DNA from: Octopus vulgaris | Taxonomy: Eukaryota | Direction of reading: 5' to 3' | Assembly (NCBI GenBank): GCA_951406725.2 | Contig: OX597819.1 | Location: 42,780,001 to 42,844,000 of the forward strand | DNA length: 64,000 bases | Shown: positions 1-13,721 of the stretch, in pieces | How the letters are laid out: every line of letters begins with the position of its first letter | How positions within the stretch are numbered: position 1 is the first letter of the stretch | The notes under the pieces: generated by a model | The model's input: the letters and a program-made list of their open reading frames with translations, nothing else | Database searches by the model: none | What the model was told of the DNA's origin: nothing | Translations under genes and position numbers: made by a program

Positions 1-502
1 CATGTTAAAATAAAACATTGAGAATCAGAGAGAATTATTATTATTATTATTGTTGTTGTTGCTGTTGTTCTTCTTCTTATATACAGAGAATGGTATATGA
101 TGGAACCAACAACACAGCAAGAACCATCATAGACAAACTGGGGAAAAGGAAAATATAACATGTGCCAGAATGCAATGGAATACGCATACAGATGCCAATA
201 AATAGAATAAACAAATAGATAAAAATAATAATGGCTTCCTTTATATAATACAAATAATAATACATTTTATATAATACCACTAATAAAATTCTTTATTATT
301 GCCACAAGGGCAACAGATAAAGAACATTGCAGAGACAATTTACAAAATATGTACTGTGAAGAGAGGTGGTATATTGAAATGCAATGAAATACACAGTAAA
401 CAACATATGGTAAGGTCTCCTCAAAATGAGGACCAACCACTAGCCAGAGACAACTGAGGAACCCTAGAGATGCAAGATTACTCTGACTATCAAAAGTTAT
501 TC

Positions 503-805
503 TCTTACTTGTTTCAGTCATTTGACTGTGGCCACGCTGGAGCACCACCTTAAACGGTTTGGCCAACAGCAACAGAAGAAATAAACTCCACGACTTTTTC
601 TTTTGTAAGCCTGGTACTTATTCTATCGGTCTCTTTTGTCGAACTGATAAGTCACAGGGATGTAAACACACCAACGTCGGTTGTCAAGCAATAGTGGAGG
701 ACAAACAGGCATAATGACATGCAAATATATACATGTGTATATATATATATATATATACATACATATGTATATATGCAGAAATATATATGTATATATGTGT
801 GTGTA

Positions 806-873
<68 letters not shown>

Positions 874-1008
874 AACATACACACGACAGGCTTCTTTCAG
901 TTTTTGTCTGCCAAATCCACTTACAGGGCTTTGGTCTGGCCCAGTGGGATTGAACCTTGGAACAATGTGGTTAGAAAGCAAGCTTCTTACCACACAGCAT
1001 GCCTGTGC
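503..1008 (-). mobile_element. Octopus tRNA/CORE-type SINE, family A (OR-like), with expanded internal (TA)n/(CA)n
   Basis: Shares TTACTTGTTTCAGTCATTTGACTG...TTATTCTATCGGTCTCTTTTG...CCACACAGC with more than 10 other copies in the window. Confidence 0.85.
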
Positions 1009-2189
1009 CTAAGCAGGCTCTCCTAGAAGATGTTTTCCCCAGCCAACAGACAGATGCTGGCGTGCTGAGAATGAAGCCCATTTGCTAGGACCATGCTCAT
1101 CGCATTTACCCACCTTCTAAGAAACTCACTGAAAAGCTGCACATGTCAAAACAAGACCAAGGCTGGTTGCTTGCCTGCCCTGCCCTCTCAATCCTCATCT
1201 CTTTCTCTTCTCTCCCTTTCGTCTGCAACTAGAACTTGACAAAGAGAAAAGTATTTGTCGTCAGTCCTTTCAATTGTGACCACCATATAACCTTTTTGCG
1301 GTAGCCACCAAAAGAAAAAGAAAAAAAAAAGAGAGAAGCTGTCTAATCTTCCTTAGTCAAAGAAAGGTGACAGAGTGATCTTTGTGAAAGATTAACCTTT
1401 TAGCATTCAGATTACTCAGTCACATGTAATGCTTATTTATTCACACTGTTTTGAATTAATCCTACATTATCTTGTAGCTTTGAGATTTCAATGATGTCAT
1501 TATGTATTTTTTGAATGACATTGTAGGGTGGGTGCGAGAGACTGGCTCTGGCCAGTTTGAACATAAAATAGATAAAATATTTGGATCAGATACGGTTGGT
1601 TTAAATGCTAGAGGCTTGAGCCAATAGTTGCATCTCTCCTACAAGAGACAACAGCTGTTTGACATAACCCACTGGTCAGCAATGCTTGGACACTGAACTT
1701 GCACATGCAGAAAAGTTTTGTTACTCTGCCTGCATCTTGGACTGGCCCAAGATCTCAAACTGGCTATGCACATACCTCGTTCCACTGCCAGATTAAAGTT
1801 TCTGAAAGTTATCAGAAGACCTTGGTTTGAAAGTCTTCAAGGACAGGTCAGCCAATTGATTCCTGTTAATTCCAGCTGGAGGGCATAAGCAGGATTAAAT
1901 GGCAAGTTAGTGAAAATATCACCTTGAACCTCACAGTACTTTTAACCCAGGCAGCTTACAGAATCTTATTCTGGCTCTAGCAATGGTAGAAAAGTAAGAC
2001 AGGCAGATAATTAAATGACTTTGCAGAGATCTGTGTTAAAGCTTATAAATAGACTTTCCTGTCAGGTTTTACTTTTGAAAAATGTGTTTCTTGTCATCGC
2101 TGTTTAATCCCAGGCTAGCCTTGATGAAGCAGGCCTTTGACCAACAGAATATTCAAGTCACGACCCATTCCGTCTTTTTGAGGTTTGTA

Positions 2190-3178
2190 TTGGGTTGGCA
2201 AGAAAGTAATTTCGTTTTTAGTAAATAGATAGAGTTATGATTTTTTTTAATGACTTTTGTCAATGTTATGATGTTTTTCCTTTTGACATTTGATAGCCAT
2301 TACTTTTAGCTTACTTTAGAAGCAAATTGCACGTAATTTTGTTTACAGCTTTTGTTCAGTGTCAATTTTAACATGGAGTGTAAAAACAAACATTTTCACC
2401 ACATTTTGCTCTTTATTCCCATAAAGGCAAAAAATCTGCCGAGGCTCACAAAAAGATATGCGAAGTTTATGGTGTTGATTGCTTAACAGAACACACATAT
2501 CAAAAATTCCATTGGAGATTTTTGACATGAAGATGGCCAATGTTCTGGTCGACCCACTGAAGTTGATGATGACCGAATCAAAGCCATAACTGAAGCTGAT
2601 TGTCATATAACTGTGCAATGAAATCAATGTTTTTTTAAATGAATCATCACTGGTGACGAAAAATGGATTGTCTACAATAACATCAATTGAAAACAATCAT
2701 GGTCCAAGCATAACGAACCAGCACAAACCACATCGAAAACTGAATTGCATAAAAAAAAAAAAGGTCATGCTGTCAATTTGGTGGGATTACAAAGGAGTTG
2801 TGTATTTTGAGCTGCTTCCAAGGTACAAAACGATCAAATCAGATGTTTACTGTCAACAACTAATGAAACTGGAGGAAGCTATCAAAGAAAAACGGCCAGA
2901 ATTGGCAAATCGTAAAGGAATCATGTTCCACCGTGACAACGCTAGACCACACATGTCTTTGCAACCTCATGAAAAATTATTGGAGTTTGGTTGGGAAGTG
3001 ATGTCACATCCACCATATAGCCCTAGCCTTGCACCATCAGATTACCATTTATTTTAAATTTTGCAAAATTCTTTGAATGGTAAAACTTTCAATAAAGATG
3101 ATGACCTGAAGTTGCAGTTGCTTCAGATTTTGGCTGAAAAAGACCCAGAAGTTCTATGAGCGTGGAATCATGAAGTTG
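2190..3178 (+). mobile_element. Decayed Tc1/mariner element, mellifera-subfamily-like, internally deleted and 3'-truncated
   Basis: TA followed by left TIR TTGGGTTGGCAAGAAAGTAATTTCG. Start at 2373 reads MECKNKHFHHILLF. Catalytic motifs TGDEKWIVYNN, HRDNARPH and YSPSLAPSDYHLF, then KFYERGIMKL. Frameshifts, stops and no right TIR. Confidence 0.9.
2373..3178 (+). pseudogene. Mariner transposase pseudogene (DD34D type)
   Basis: ORF 2653-3057 carries KKVMLSIWWDYKGVVYFELL...DNARPH...YSPSLAPSDYHLF. The reading frame is broken and the WVPHEL linker region is missing. Confidence 0.88.
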
Positions 3179-3665
3179 TATTTTAGATCACCTTTAAAAC
3201 AGGAAGACTGTTTCACAGAACCAGGGGTGATCACAGGCGGGCTGGTACCAAAAGAGATAAATTTTTAATAGGGTCACATTATCAGTGAATCTTCAATATG
3301 CAAGTAGTAGAGTATGATTTGAGAAAATATTTGACTGCTATTTCTAGCAGGCTCCCTTGTGCTTCTTGTATATAAAAGAGTTTTGCTTTGTTTTCCATTT
3401 TTTTTTGTTTTTAATGGCGTTTGACTGCTACTCCTATCTGTTTATAATGACTAAGAGACAAGGTTATAATGACTCTTGCAAAACAATTTAGAAGGAATAC
3501 ATTTTTTATTCTTTTTTTACTGCTTTTTTTTTTACTTCTTTTTCTTGAAATAACCAAACAACACTTAAATATAATGACATATACAGATGAATAACAAGAG
3601 GGATGATGCACTGAAAGGGACAGCAATGCTGGTGGCAATAAATGCCTAGGGATTACTTCTGGAAA

Positions 3666-3668
<3 letters not shown>

Positions 3669-3734
<66 letters not shown>
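3669..3734. repeat. Long pure (GA)n microsatellite
   Basis: Direct reading. Other (GA)n tracts occur at about 9271, 12809, 42192 and 59391, all with GA on the plus strand. Confidence 0.97.
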
Positions 3735-3736
<2 letters not shown>

Positions 3737-4216
3737 ATAAAGAGCAGTGTGTTAAGGGAGGAAGTGATAAAGGGAACTCTGCGTGTGTGTATGAAAGAGA
3801 GAAAAAGAGGGGGTGAGGGAATACTGAGGAGAATCTATCAGAGTAGTCCTTGTCCAAGGTAGGGGTCAATAGAGTATAAAACATGATACAGTGACAGATT
3901 ATCACCACCACCACCACCACCCCCAATACGGCTACTGACACAAACCCACCCACCTCTGCCACAGCTGTTACCACCTTGATGCAAGGTACATTTATGTTCC
4001 CTATGCTTGAATAAATGTCCCCAGAAACCCCAAATCCCTCCTTCTGTCCTCTCCTGCACCCCAACCCCATCCCCCACCAACACCTCCACCACCACAATGA
4101 CAGCAGCATTAAGTTTTATAGTTTCTAAAGATGTCAAAACAAGATCAAGGCTGCCTGCTTGCCTGCTCTACCCTCCTCCACCACCAACCAATTCTACATG
4201 CTAACTCCCCTTGTTG

Positions 4217-4250
<34 letters not shown>

Positions 4251-4304
4251 TGTTATTATTTTTATTATTACTAAAGAAATTTTTTTTTTTAAAAGACAAA
4301 AACT

Positions 4305-5092
4305 GGGAGCTGGCAGAAATGCTTAGTGGCATTTTGTTGTCTTTATATGTTCCAGAGTTCAAATTCCATGAAGGTTGACTATGCCTTTCTTCTGTTCAGA
4401 ATCAATGAAATAAGTACCAGTTGAACAAGGCTCCATGTAATTGACTAGCCCCCCCCCCCCCAACCCCAGAAAAATTTCAGGCCTTGAGCCCATGGCAGAA
4501 AGGGTTGTTCAAGCTGGCAGAATGGTTAGCATATGGGGTGAAATGCTTAGAGGTGTTTTGTCTGTTGCTATGTTCTGAGTTGAAATTCCACTGAGGTCGA
4601 CTTATCCTTTCAGGGTCAATAAATTAAGTACCAGTTGCATACTGGGGTTGATCTAATTGACTGGCCCCCTCCCGCTAAATTTCAGGCCTTGTGCCTATGG
4701 AAGAAAGGATTATTATTGTTGTTGTTATTGCTTTTATCCTTTCAGAGTTATGTACTGAGGTCAATGTAATTGACATGCTAGACTCCTACTGCCTGAAATG
4801 CTGGCTTTGTGCCAAAATTCGAAACATTTATTATTATTATTATCATTATTATTATTATTATTATTATTATTAAGATGGTGAGCTCATAGAATTGTTAGCA
4901 CACCAGACAAAATGTCTACTGGTATATCTTCTGAGTTCAAATTCTGCTGAGGACAACTATGCTTTTAGTCTATTTCGGAGTTGGTGAAATAAGTACCAGT
5001 TGAATACTAGGGGTGTTGGGATGCAATATCAACAAGCCTCCTTCCTCAAAAAATTGCAGGCCTTGTGCCTATGAAACATAGGATTTATTATT
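4305..5092 (+). mobile_element. Head-to-tail cluster of family B (Meta-domain-like) SINEs
   Basis: Repeated GAGCTGGCAGAA...GAGTTCAAATTCC...AAGTACCAGTT...AGGCCTTGTGCC units, flanked or separated by (TTA)n. Confidence 0.8.
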
Positions 5093-6124
5093 TTCCAAGA
5101 AACAGATCTTGCTTAGCCTAACCGGAAATATCTAATCCGACATGGCTACTCTCACCTTCGACTCCCCTACCACTGAACCCCTGCAACTTTCAGGGTCAAT
5201 CCCAGCATCAGCTATTACTTACTACTAGCTAATCCTACTGACATAGTAATGAACAACAACAACAACAACAATAACAACGGCAGCCGCAGAGGCTGATGCC
5301 ACCACCACTGCAACTATCATCACACGCATTGCAACCCTCATCAAAAATAAATAAAAATGAAAGAAGCTTCAAATTTAGTAATCTGAGCTGTAAGACCCCC
5401 TTCCTCCACCCCCCACCCCCCAGCACTGCCACCACAGTAGTATCCTTGTTCTACCCATCCACCCACTCACCCACCACCAATAGAGTAACAGAAAATTGTT
5501 AAGGCAGTAGGGGGTTAAATCTGATTCTTAGATACCTATATTAAGTTAAAGGGTGATGTACTGAATGACATTATGTTAAGAAAGAAAAAATAAAAACTTA
5601 ATTGACTGAAATTTCTTTCTCACAGAGAACAACAACAACAAAAAAAAGTTTGTAGCTAAGGGAGAAAACTCTGGACAGGTTTCTCTTTTATTTGATTGCC
5701 ACCAGCATAGCATGATCTACCAAAACCATGTTATGGCTTTTAGAAAAGATAAAAAAAAAATTTTCTGCCAGTATGATTTGTATAATTATACAAATTTTTA
5801 ATAAGTGAAGGGGAAATAACTCAAATAGATCAATGGCATGAATTTAGCTAAGTTAAAAGGCCTGATGCACCAAATTTAATTCCTAGTTGTTTGCATAGAG
5901 TAAGATCCTCATGGTAATTGTGAGTGACTCTGAAAGAAATGGGGAGATAATTTCAAGACATTAAGAATCATTGGCATATTTCAGACTTATTGGACCTTAT
6001 CAACATAATATAGTCCACTCAAGATTATTATAATCAGTTGACAAAGATTTTGCACATGGGAAGCAAATGTTAGGGTTTAAAAATATTTTCTCCTTAATGG
6101 ATTAATTCCTGGACTGTAGCCATA

Positions 6125-6365
6125 CTGGATATGCTCATGAAATTAATGTGCATGTGGTCGAGTACTCCATAGACATGCATGCTCTTAATATAGTTCTCAA
6201 GGAGATTCAGCATGACACAAAATGTGATAAGGCTGGCCCTTTGAATTACAAGTAGAGCTCATTTTTGCTGGCTGAGTGGACTGGGGGCAATGTGAAATAA
6301 AGTGTCTTGCTCAAGGACACAGCATGACCTTCCACTTGTGAGCTGAATACCCTAACAATTAAGCT
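6125..6365 (-). mobile_element. Family C SINE (empty-site copy)
   Basis: Reverse-complement match to 35115-35648 without the MITE. Confidence 0.7.
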
Positions 6366-7369
6366 ACGTGCTTTCACATATGCTTGTGTGAGTGCGTGTG
6401 TGTGTTTGACAGTCTTCCACACAGGTTCCATCTACAAACTTCGCTCACAACTGGCCTAAGGGTTTAATAGAAGTGACTTGCCCCAGGTGCTGTGCAATGT
6501 GGGACTGAAACCAAAACCATGTGATTGCAAAGCAATCTTCTTAACTATACAGCCTGTGCCTGCACGTATGCGTCGTGTAGGCTCAAAAGGTAGACATCAT
6601 GTATCTAGTGTAATCATAAATACTATCATTTCCAAGGTACTTAGAGGTTGGATTGAAAGGAAACTCAGCTGCTATTTCTAGCAAGCCGAACTACCACATA
6701 GACAGCCCCTTATTGTTTGGCTTGTCAACAGCAAGATAACTAGCAGAGGAGGTCGAGGAAAACATAGAATAATAACACCATCTAGTACTGGTGTTCCCCA
6801 GTTTTGAGTTCAATTTATTCCAGGCCCAAATGCCTTTTATCCTTGAAAAGGTTGATAGTCGAACAGTAAAAATTATATATATATATATACTGACTATATT
6901 CTTTAGCAAAATTGGCCTTGTGCCTGAGAAAGAAATCAATACTATCAATACCATTACCATTACCATTATTATTATTATCATCATCATCATCATCATCATT
7001 TCTTTATATTCTGTCCAAATCTTTTTATATGGAAAGATGCTGTGAATACAGATATCCTACATAACAGCATTTCCATTTCTTTGCTGCCATAACTGTATAT
7101 GTTTTAGACCACACATTAAACACTGGCCGAGAGAGAGAGAGAAGGGCGGGGTGAATAAGAAATAGACAATGTGAGTGAGTGAGAGAGAGAGAGAGAGAGA
7201 GATGGTGAAAGAGGGAGGGAACACATTTCTCTCAATGTATGAATCGAAATATTTTATAGAGAATGGTGCACTGAAGGAAAGAGATAAACTACGAATGTGT
7301 TGCTTTTCGTCTCGCAGATTAATCGTCAAGATATGTGTGTGTGTGCGAAAAGTCACTTGCTACAGCTAT

Positions 7370-7586
7370 TAATACACATATCGTGTATGTGCATACACAT
7401 ACACACATACAGAAATACACATGCATACATTCATACACATGTATATATACATATGTGCATATACATACATTTGTACATATATATAGCTATATATACATAC
7501 ATATTTATATATATATATACATACATATTTATAGAATTTATATATATATATATATGCATACATATCTTACATACATATACATATAT

Positions 7587-7660
<74 letters not shown>

Positions 7661-7890
7661 GTATATATATTTTATACATATATATATATCATCATATATA
7701 TAAATGCATATATATATATATGCACACATGTATACATAACTGTAATGATATATATATATGTGCATGCATGTATCTATAAAGACATACACACATGTACACA
7801 CACACATATGCGCACATACACACTTATGCTCAACAAGAATGAATGGTAAGCAGGAGTTGACAATTTAATATACATACATATATGTATGTA

Positions 7891-7944
<54 letters not shown>

Positions 7945-7990
7945 AGTGTGTGCATGTGCAAATACATGCATGTATGTATGTGTGTGTATG
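7370..7990. repeat. (TA)/(CA)/(TG) low-complexity microsatellite field
   Basis: Direct reading. This is the source of the YI/CV-rich spurious ORFs. Similar fields lie at 8530-9170, 33620-34090 and 50640-50840. Confidence 0.95.
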
Positions 7991-9266
7991 GCTGTGTGTT
8001 TAAAAAGAGAAAAGAAGTCATTAGCTATAGGGTGCCGTTGAAATGTATAGCTGGATTATTCACAACTTTTAAATTGCCCTACAACCATTATTATTAGACA
8101 AATACAAAAATGAAATGACTAATAAAAAAAAAAGAAAAAAAAAGAGAAAGCAGAGAGAGAGAGAGAGAGAGAGGAAAGAAGGAAGGAAAAAAGAAAGAAA
8201 GGAAGGCAAAAACAAACTTCCTACTTCCCACTCCCCCAGTTTGGACAATTTACAAGTGTGTTCATTTCCACAGTGCCATTAGGTTTGTATTGCTTTTGTG
8301 GAATATTGGAAAGAACTGTAAGGTTGGATGGCAAATGTCAAGCTTTTGTTTGCATTGTAAAATAATTCTAAAGCCTCAGACAGGCTCAATTCCTGCTAGT
8401 GTGGCCCCAGAGTCGGATTGTATAGAGAAGTTATAGCTGATATGTCATTTCATTCAGGTGGTGATGGTGGAGAAAGGACGGGAAGATGGTGGTGGGTAGC
8501 GGCAGAGTTTTTGGAGACTGTTAGTGTGGTTGTGTGTGTGTGTGTGTGTGTGTGTTCATGTTAAATGTGTATATGTGCATGTTAATTTTTGATTATGTAT
8601 GTATGTTGTTTAATGATTGAGCGTGTGCATATGTATGTAAATGTGTTTGCTAATGTTTGAGTGTATGTATGTGCAGGTTTGAATGGAGGTATGTGTGTGT
8701 GTGTTATTGTTTAATTGTGTATGTGTGCATATATATATATATGTGGGTGTGTGTGTGTTAATGCTTGACTGTATCTGCTTGCATATGTACTTGTGTCTGC
8801 ATTCACGCTAGTGTTTGTATGCAAGTGTGCTAATGATTGTGTGTGTGAGTGTATTCTGGTGTGTGCGTACGTGTGTTTGTGCAACCATGTGTATGTATAT
8901 TAATACTTTTGAATATGTGCTGGTGAGTATGTGTTTATGTGACTGTAAGTGAACGCGTCTGTGTGTAAGTATGTTATGCACATCTTATATGTTTGAATAT
9001 ATGTGCTGGAGAGTATGTGTTCATATGAATGCTTATGTATATCTATGATTGTGTATAACCATGTTTGTACGCATGTAACCATGTGTGTTTTAATATATAT
9101 ATATATATATATATCTGAATGTGCACAGATGAGTATGCGTCTATGCACATGTGTGTATATATGCGTGCATTGCTTCTGTCCTTAACATTATCTACATAAG
9201 TCAATAATAAATAAATAAACTCGCTTTTATTTTTGATACCAAACAACACTTCACACTTTAGAGAGA

Positions 9267-9342
<76 letters not shown>

Positions 9343-10021
9343 TTGATAGAAAAAGAGAGTAACAAGTGATTTATTAGTAGCCAACACCTCCACTCCACTG
9401 CTAAGTCGGATTTGGCTGTTAGCTAAATATAGACAGTGTATGTGTGCGCATATATACATATATACATACACACACACAGAGTCATATTAAGATGGTGGCT
9501 TCTTATCTTCAAGAGAGAAAGATAAAGAGGGAGGGAAGGAATGTGTATGCTTGTGCATGTATGTGTGAGCGCATATTCATGTATATGAGTGTGCACATGT
9601 AAGCATGTGCAAAACTGAAGAAAAAGGCATGAAACATGAAGTGAGAATCACCCTCCCTTGTTGCACAATGTTTGAAATGCATGTTAGTATATAAACCAGG
9701 TTGTGTGCATGCAAGATACATGTTTGTATGGTTTATTTGATGAAGAAGCAACTATGAAAAATGTCAGCAAAGATAGTATTTCTAATCAAGCACTAATTAT
9801 AAATTATGATAATTGTAAGTATTCTAGAAAAACAAAATGTGTATGAGCCAGACTATCTGGATGGAATAAATAGCATTTAAGTTATGATATGCTTCTTGTG
9901 TGCGCGCGCACGCGCGCGTGTGTGTGTGTGTGTGTGCATGCGTGCGCACAGCTCCTCATAAGCAGAACATATGTTGCAACTGAGAACCGAGATTTCATAG
10001 GGGTTGGTTTGTATGTAGGAT

Positions 10022-10530
10022 CTTTTATCTTTTACTTGTTCCTGACATTGGAATGCAGTCATGCTGGAGCAACACCACGAAGGGTTTAGTCGCCAGACGA
10101 GATGGTGAAGATGCCGACGACTGTTTGGTTCAAAGTCTCCCTTGACCTTAAGTGGCCTGAACTCTTTACATGAACACCACCCAGTACATAACTCCATGTC
10201 CCCCTACATGGCCTTGCTTTTTGCTTTTTGAGCCAAAAAATTAACTAACTAACTAACTAACCCCAGTACTAATTTTTTTTTTTAATGTCTGGTAGTCTGG
10301 TACTAATTCTATTGGTCTCTTTCACCATACTGCTAAGTTATGAGGATGTAAGCAAACCAACACTGGCTGTTGAGGCAGGGATGGAAGACTTTTAGCTTAC
10401 CAAATCCCAAATCTGCTCGGAAGGTTTTGGTTAGCCCAAGTCTAAAAGAGAAGACACCAGCCCAAGCTGCCATGCAGTGGGGCTGAACTCAAAACCATGT
10501 GGCTGGAGAGGTAAACCACACAATCCCAGC
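10022..10530 (-). mobile_element. Family A SINE (degenerate), interrupted by a CR1 fragment
   Basis: Family A motifs lie on both sides of 10091-10260. Confidence 0.7.
10091..10260 (+). mobile_element. 5'-truncated CR1/L2-type LINE 3' end
   Basis: 10093-10173 reads PDEMVKMPTTVWFKVSLDLKWPELFT*, resembling the CR1 ORF2 C-terminus (LP..VV.......FK..LD..W). A short 3' UTR and an (ACTA)n tail follow. Confidence 0.65.
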
Positions 10531-11594
10531 TGTGCTTATATAAAGTTATGATATGGTTAGTGTGTGTGTATATGCAAATCTCCACAACTGTGAACAGAGA
10601 TTTCACAGTGGTTAATTTGTATGTAGTTGGTATATCAATATCTCAAGCAGAGGAAGAGTTTTACTGCAAGTGAAGGCTACCTTAGGCAATAACTGAAGAA
10701 TTTGTTCATTGAAGCTAACCTTGTTCTACCATTTCCTTTCAATTATTTAAAGCATTTCCTGTGATTTTTCCTCCTTGTAGCTATGCTTCCTTTTATATCT
10801 AAATGTTTTGATGAGTCAGTCTGTGATCCATTGTTGTTGTTGTTCTTATTTGGCCATAAATCAACCATCATCCAACAGACCTATCATCTATAGCAATTCA
10901 GCCACAGCCAATATATGACTATATTTCGGAGCTTGTAGGACTACACAGAAGACGGACAACACTGATCATATAACCCTCACTACATGTAAGAGACTGTGAA
11001 GAGGTGAAAGTTAAGGGAGCCAATCCAGACAGCAAATTGAGTTGGAAGAGAATCCTTACTCGCTGACCCTACACATCCAAAAGAGAGCATGAAGATGCAG
11101 TGAATGAGGTGAGTGAGTGAAGCCCTCCCTGTAAACCATCAGTCAAGAGATTGAGAATATTTACTCACTCATTCATTCAGGACAACATTATCTAATGTTC
11201 CCTGTCTTTATTTATATAAGATGGTAAATGTAACTTGAGTAATATTTGGTTGTTATTTCCAGTAGAACAAATAACCATGTAGAGCCCTGGTTATCAACCA
11301 GAGTCCATATGGCCATAGTGGGGACTATATAAAATTTTGTTGGCAAAACTTATATGCAACAAATTAGACACAAAATATTTTAACAATTTTTTGATACAAT
11401 TCTTATTAATATTTAACTATAAAAAATATAATAAGGTTTTTAACTATCAAATGGCCATGAAGGTTCACCTGAGTAAAATAAGAATCAAAAAGGGTCCAAA
11501 ACATAAAAAAATGATTGAGAAACACTGATGGTGTTCTTCAGATGGATATCACTTTGAACACTTACAAAATACCAAGGTAATATTTAGGTATGTG

Positions 11595-11809
11595 TTGAAG
11601 TGGCAAGCTGGCAGAAACGTTAGCATGCCGAGCGAAATGCTTAGCGGTATTTCATTTGTCTTTACGTTCTGAGTTCAAATTCCGCCAAGGTCGACTTCGT
11701 CTTTCATCCTTTCGGGGTCAATAAATTAAGTACCAGTTGCATACTGGGGTCAATCTAATTGACTTAATCCCCTCCCAAAATTTTGGGCCTTGTGCCTAGA
11801 GTAGAAAAG
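11595..11809 (+). mobile_element. Family B SINE with 16-bp TSD
   Basis: AATATTTAGGTATGTG is duplicated at 11579-11594 and 11810-11825. Confidence 0.9.
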
Positions 11810-11972
11810 AATATTTAGGTATGTGGAAATAACAGACCAAAGCAAATTACAGTGATTTGACTTATTTTCCACATGAAGCTTCAATATATATTTCCAGTTC
11901 ATGGTTTGGATTTAATCCTTTCTGTATCAACCTGCATGAAACTATCCACAGTATTCCACATATATTCTTTTA

Positions 11973-12333
11973 TTTTTTTCACTTGTTTCAGTCATTTGAG
12001 TGCGGCCATGCTGGGGCACCACCTCGAAAGGTTTTAGTCAAACAAATTGACACAAAGGCTTATCTTTTTAAGCCTAGTACTTATTCTATCGGTTACTTTT
12101 GCCAGACTACTAAGTTACAGGGATCTAAACACACCAACACCAGTTGTCAAGTGATGATGGAGGACACACAGACACACACATATATATATGACAGGCTTCT
12201 TGCAGTTTCCATCTACCAAATTCACTCACAAGGCTTTGGTAGGTCTGAGGTTATAGTAGAAGATACTTACCCAGTAGGACTGAACCTGGAACTATGTGGT
12301 TGGGAAGCAAGCTTCTTACCACACAACCATGCC
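11973..12333 (-). mobile_element. Family A SINE
   Basis: Colinear with the family A consensus. Confidence 0.8.
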
Positions 12334-12803
12334 GTATATGGGTGTGAAGGCGCATGGCTTAGTGGTTAAGGTGCTGTACTCACGATTGTGAGATCGTGAC
12401 TTCGATTCCCAGACCAGACTTTGCGTTGTGTTTTTGAGCAAAGCACTTCATTTCATGTTGCTCTGTGATCATTTCGACATCTGACATGTGGCACCGTTGC
12501 ACCTGTACAGGTCATGTCGATCTGATGGCGGGAATCTACACATACATTTGATCATTATAAACAAATCATCTGTGTGGTTGTTGAGTAAGAATTTGTCGAA
12601 CCCTCATACATCGTGTAACAACGAGAGAGTTCATTATATATATATATATGAGTACATGTGTAACTATGTGATTAAAAAGCCTGCTTTGCAACTATGTAGT
12701 TTTAGGTTTTACATTCAGTCCCACTACATGGCCCTCTGGATATAGCTACAGGTTAATGAATTAAATGAAAAGCATATGGAAAGTTCATTGTACACCCATG
12801 AAA

Positions 12804-12856
<53 letters not shown>

Positions 12857-13343
12857 CATCTACATCTATCATCAATAAGAAAAACAAAGAGGAAACAAAC
12901 CCCACGGTGCACTTTCAACCAAGTCTTTAGTATCAAGTTACAAATGCCAAAACATATGCCAAACAGCTCTTGCTGGTGCTGGCATCATGTAAAAAGCACC
13001 CAGTACACTCTGTAAAAGTGGTCGACATTTAGGAAGAGTATCCAACCAAAACGGACAATTGAAGCCGGTGCAGCCCTCCAGTTTGCCAACTGCTGTCCAT
13101 CCAACTCAAGCCAGCATGGAAAACAGACATAAAATGATGATGATGACCTCTGTCAGGAGTTGCAACAGATTGATTGTCTGTCTCAGTAATCAGAAGAAAG
13201 CAATGAAAACACAGTTTCCGTGATTTAGTTGAAAGACTGACAGCCACCACTACCATCATTAACGGCGATACCACTGCTGCTGCCACCACCACCACCACCA
13301 CCACCACCACCACCACCCTGGTTTCTTTTCTTTCTTTCTTTTT

Positions 13344-13721
13344 CTTTTACTTGTTTCAGTCATTTGACTGCGGCCATGCTGGAGCACCGCCTTTAGTCGA
13401 GCAAATCGACCCCAGGACTTATTCTTTGTAAGCCCAGTGCTTATTCTATCGGTCTCTTTTGCCGAACCACTAAGTGACGGGGACGTAAACACACCAGCAT
13501 TGGTTGTCAAGCAATGCTAGGGGAACAAACACAGACACACACATATATATACATATATACGACAGGCTTCTTTCAGTTTCCGTCTACCAAATCCACTCAC
13601 AAGGCATTGGTTGGCCCGGGGCTATAGCAGAAGACACTTGCCCAAGATGCCACGCAGTGGGACTGAACCCGGAACCATGTGGTTGGTTAGCAAGCTACTT
13701 ACCACACAGCCACTCCTGCAC
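13344..13721 (-). mobile_element. Family A SINE, young full-length copy
   Basis: Near-identical to 14391-14790 and 36077-36495. On the minus strand it has a tRNA-like head (GGTTCAGTCCC B-box) and the CORE-like CTTGGGCAAGTGTCTT. Confidence 0.9.

Noticed and set aside
7297-7807. YI/CV/HT-rich ORFs here and at 623-1026 and 33686-34122
   Set aside because: Translations of dinucleotide microsatellites.
10930-11180. Possible RTE LINE 3' fragment with (ACTC/ATTC)n tail
   Set aside because: I could not recover a convincing peptide motif; left unclassified.
11857-12369. Recurrent ORFs such as 'YDRLLSVSVYQIHSQG' and 'FQSFDCGHAGAPP' (also 13504, 14571, 45005, 56799)
   Set aside because: Chance frames through family A SINE copies, not a gene family.
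12349-12420. tRNA gene
   Set aside because: It has A/B-box-like motifs but no clean cloverleaf, and it runs into a SINE body; it is a tRNA-derived SINE head.
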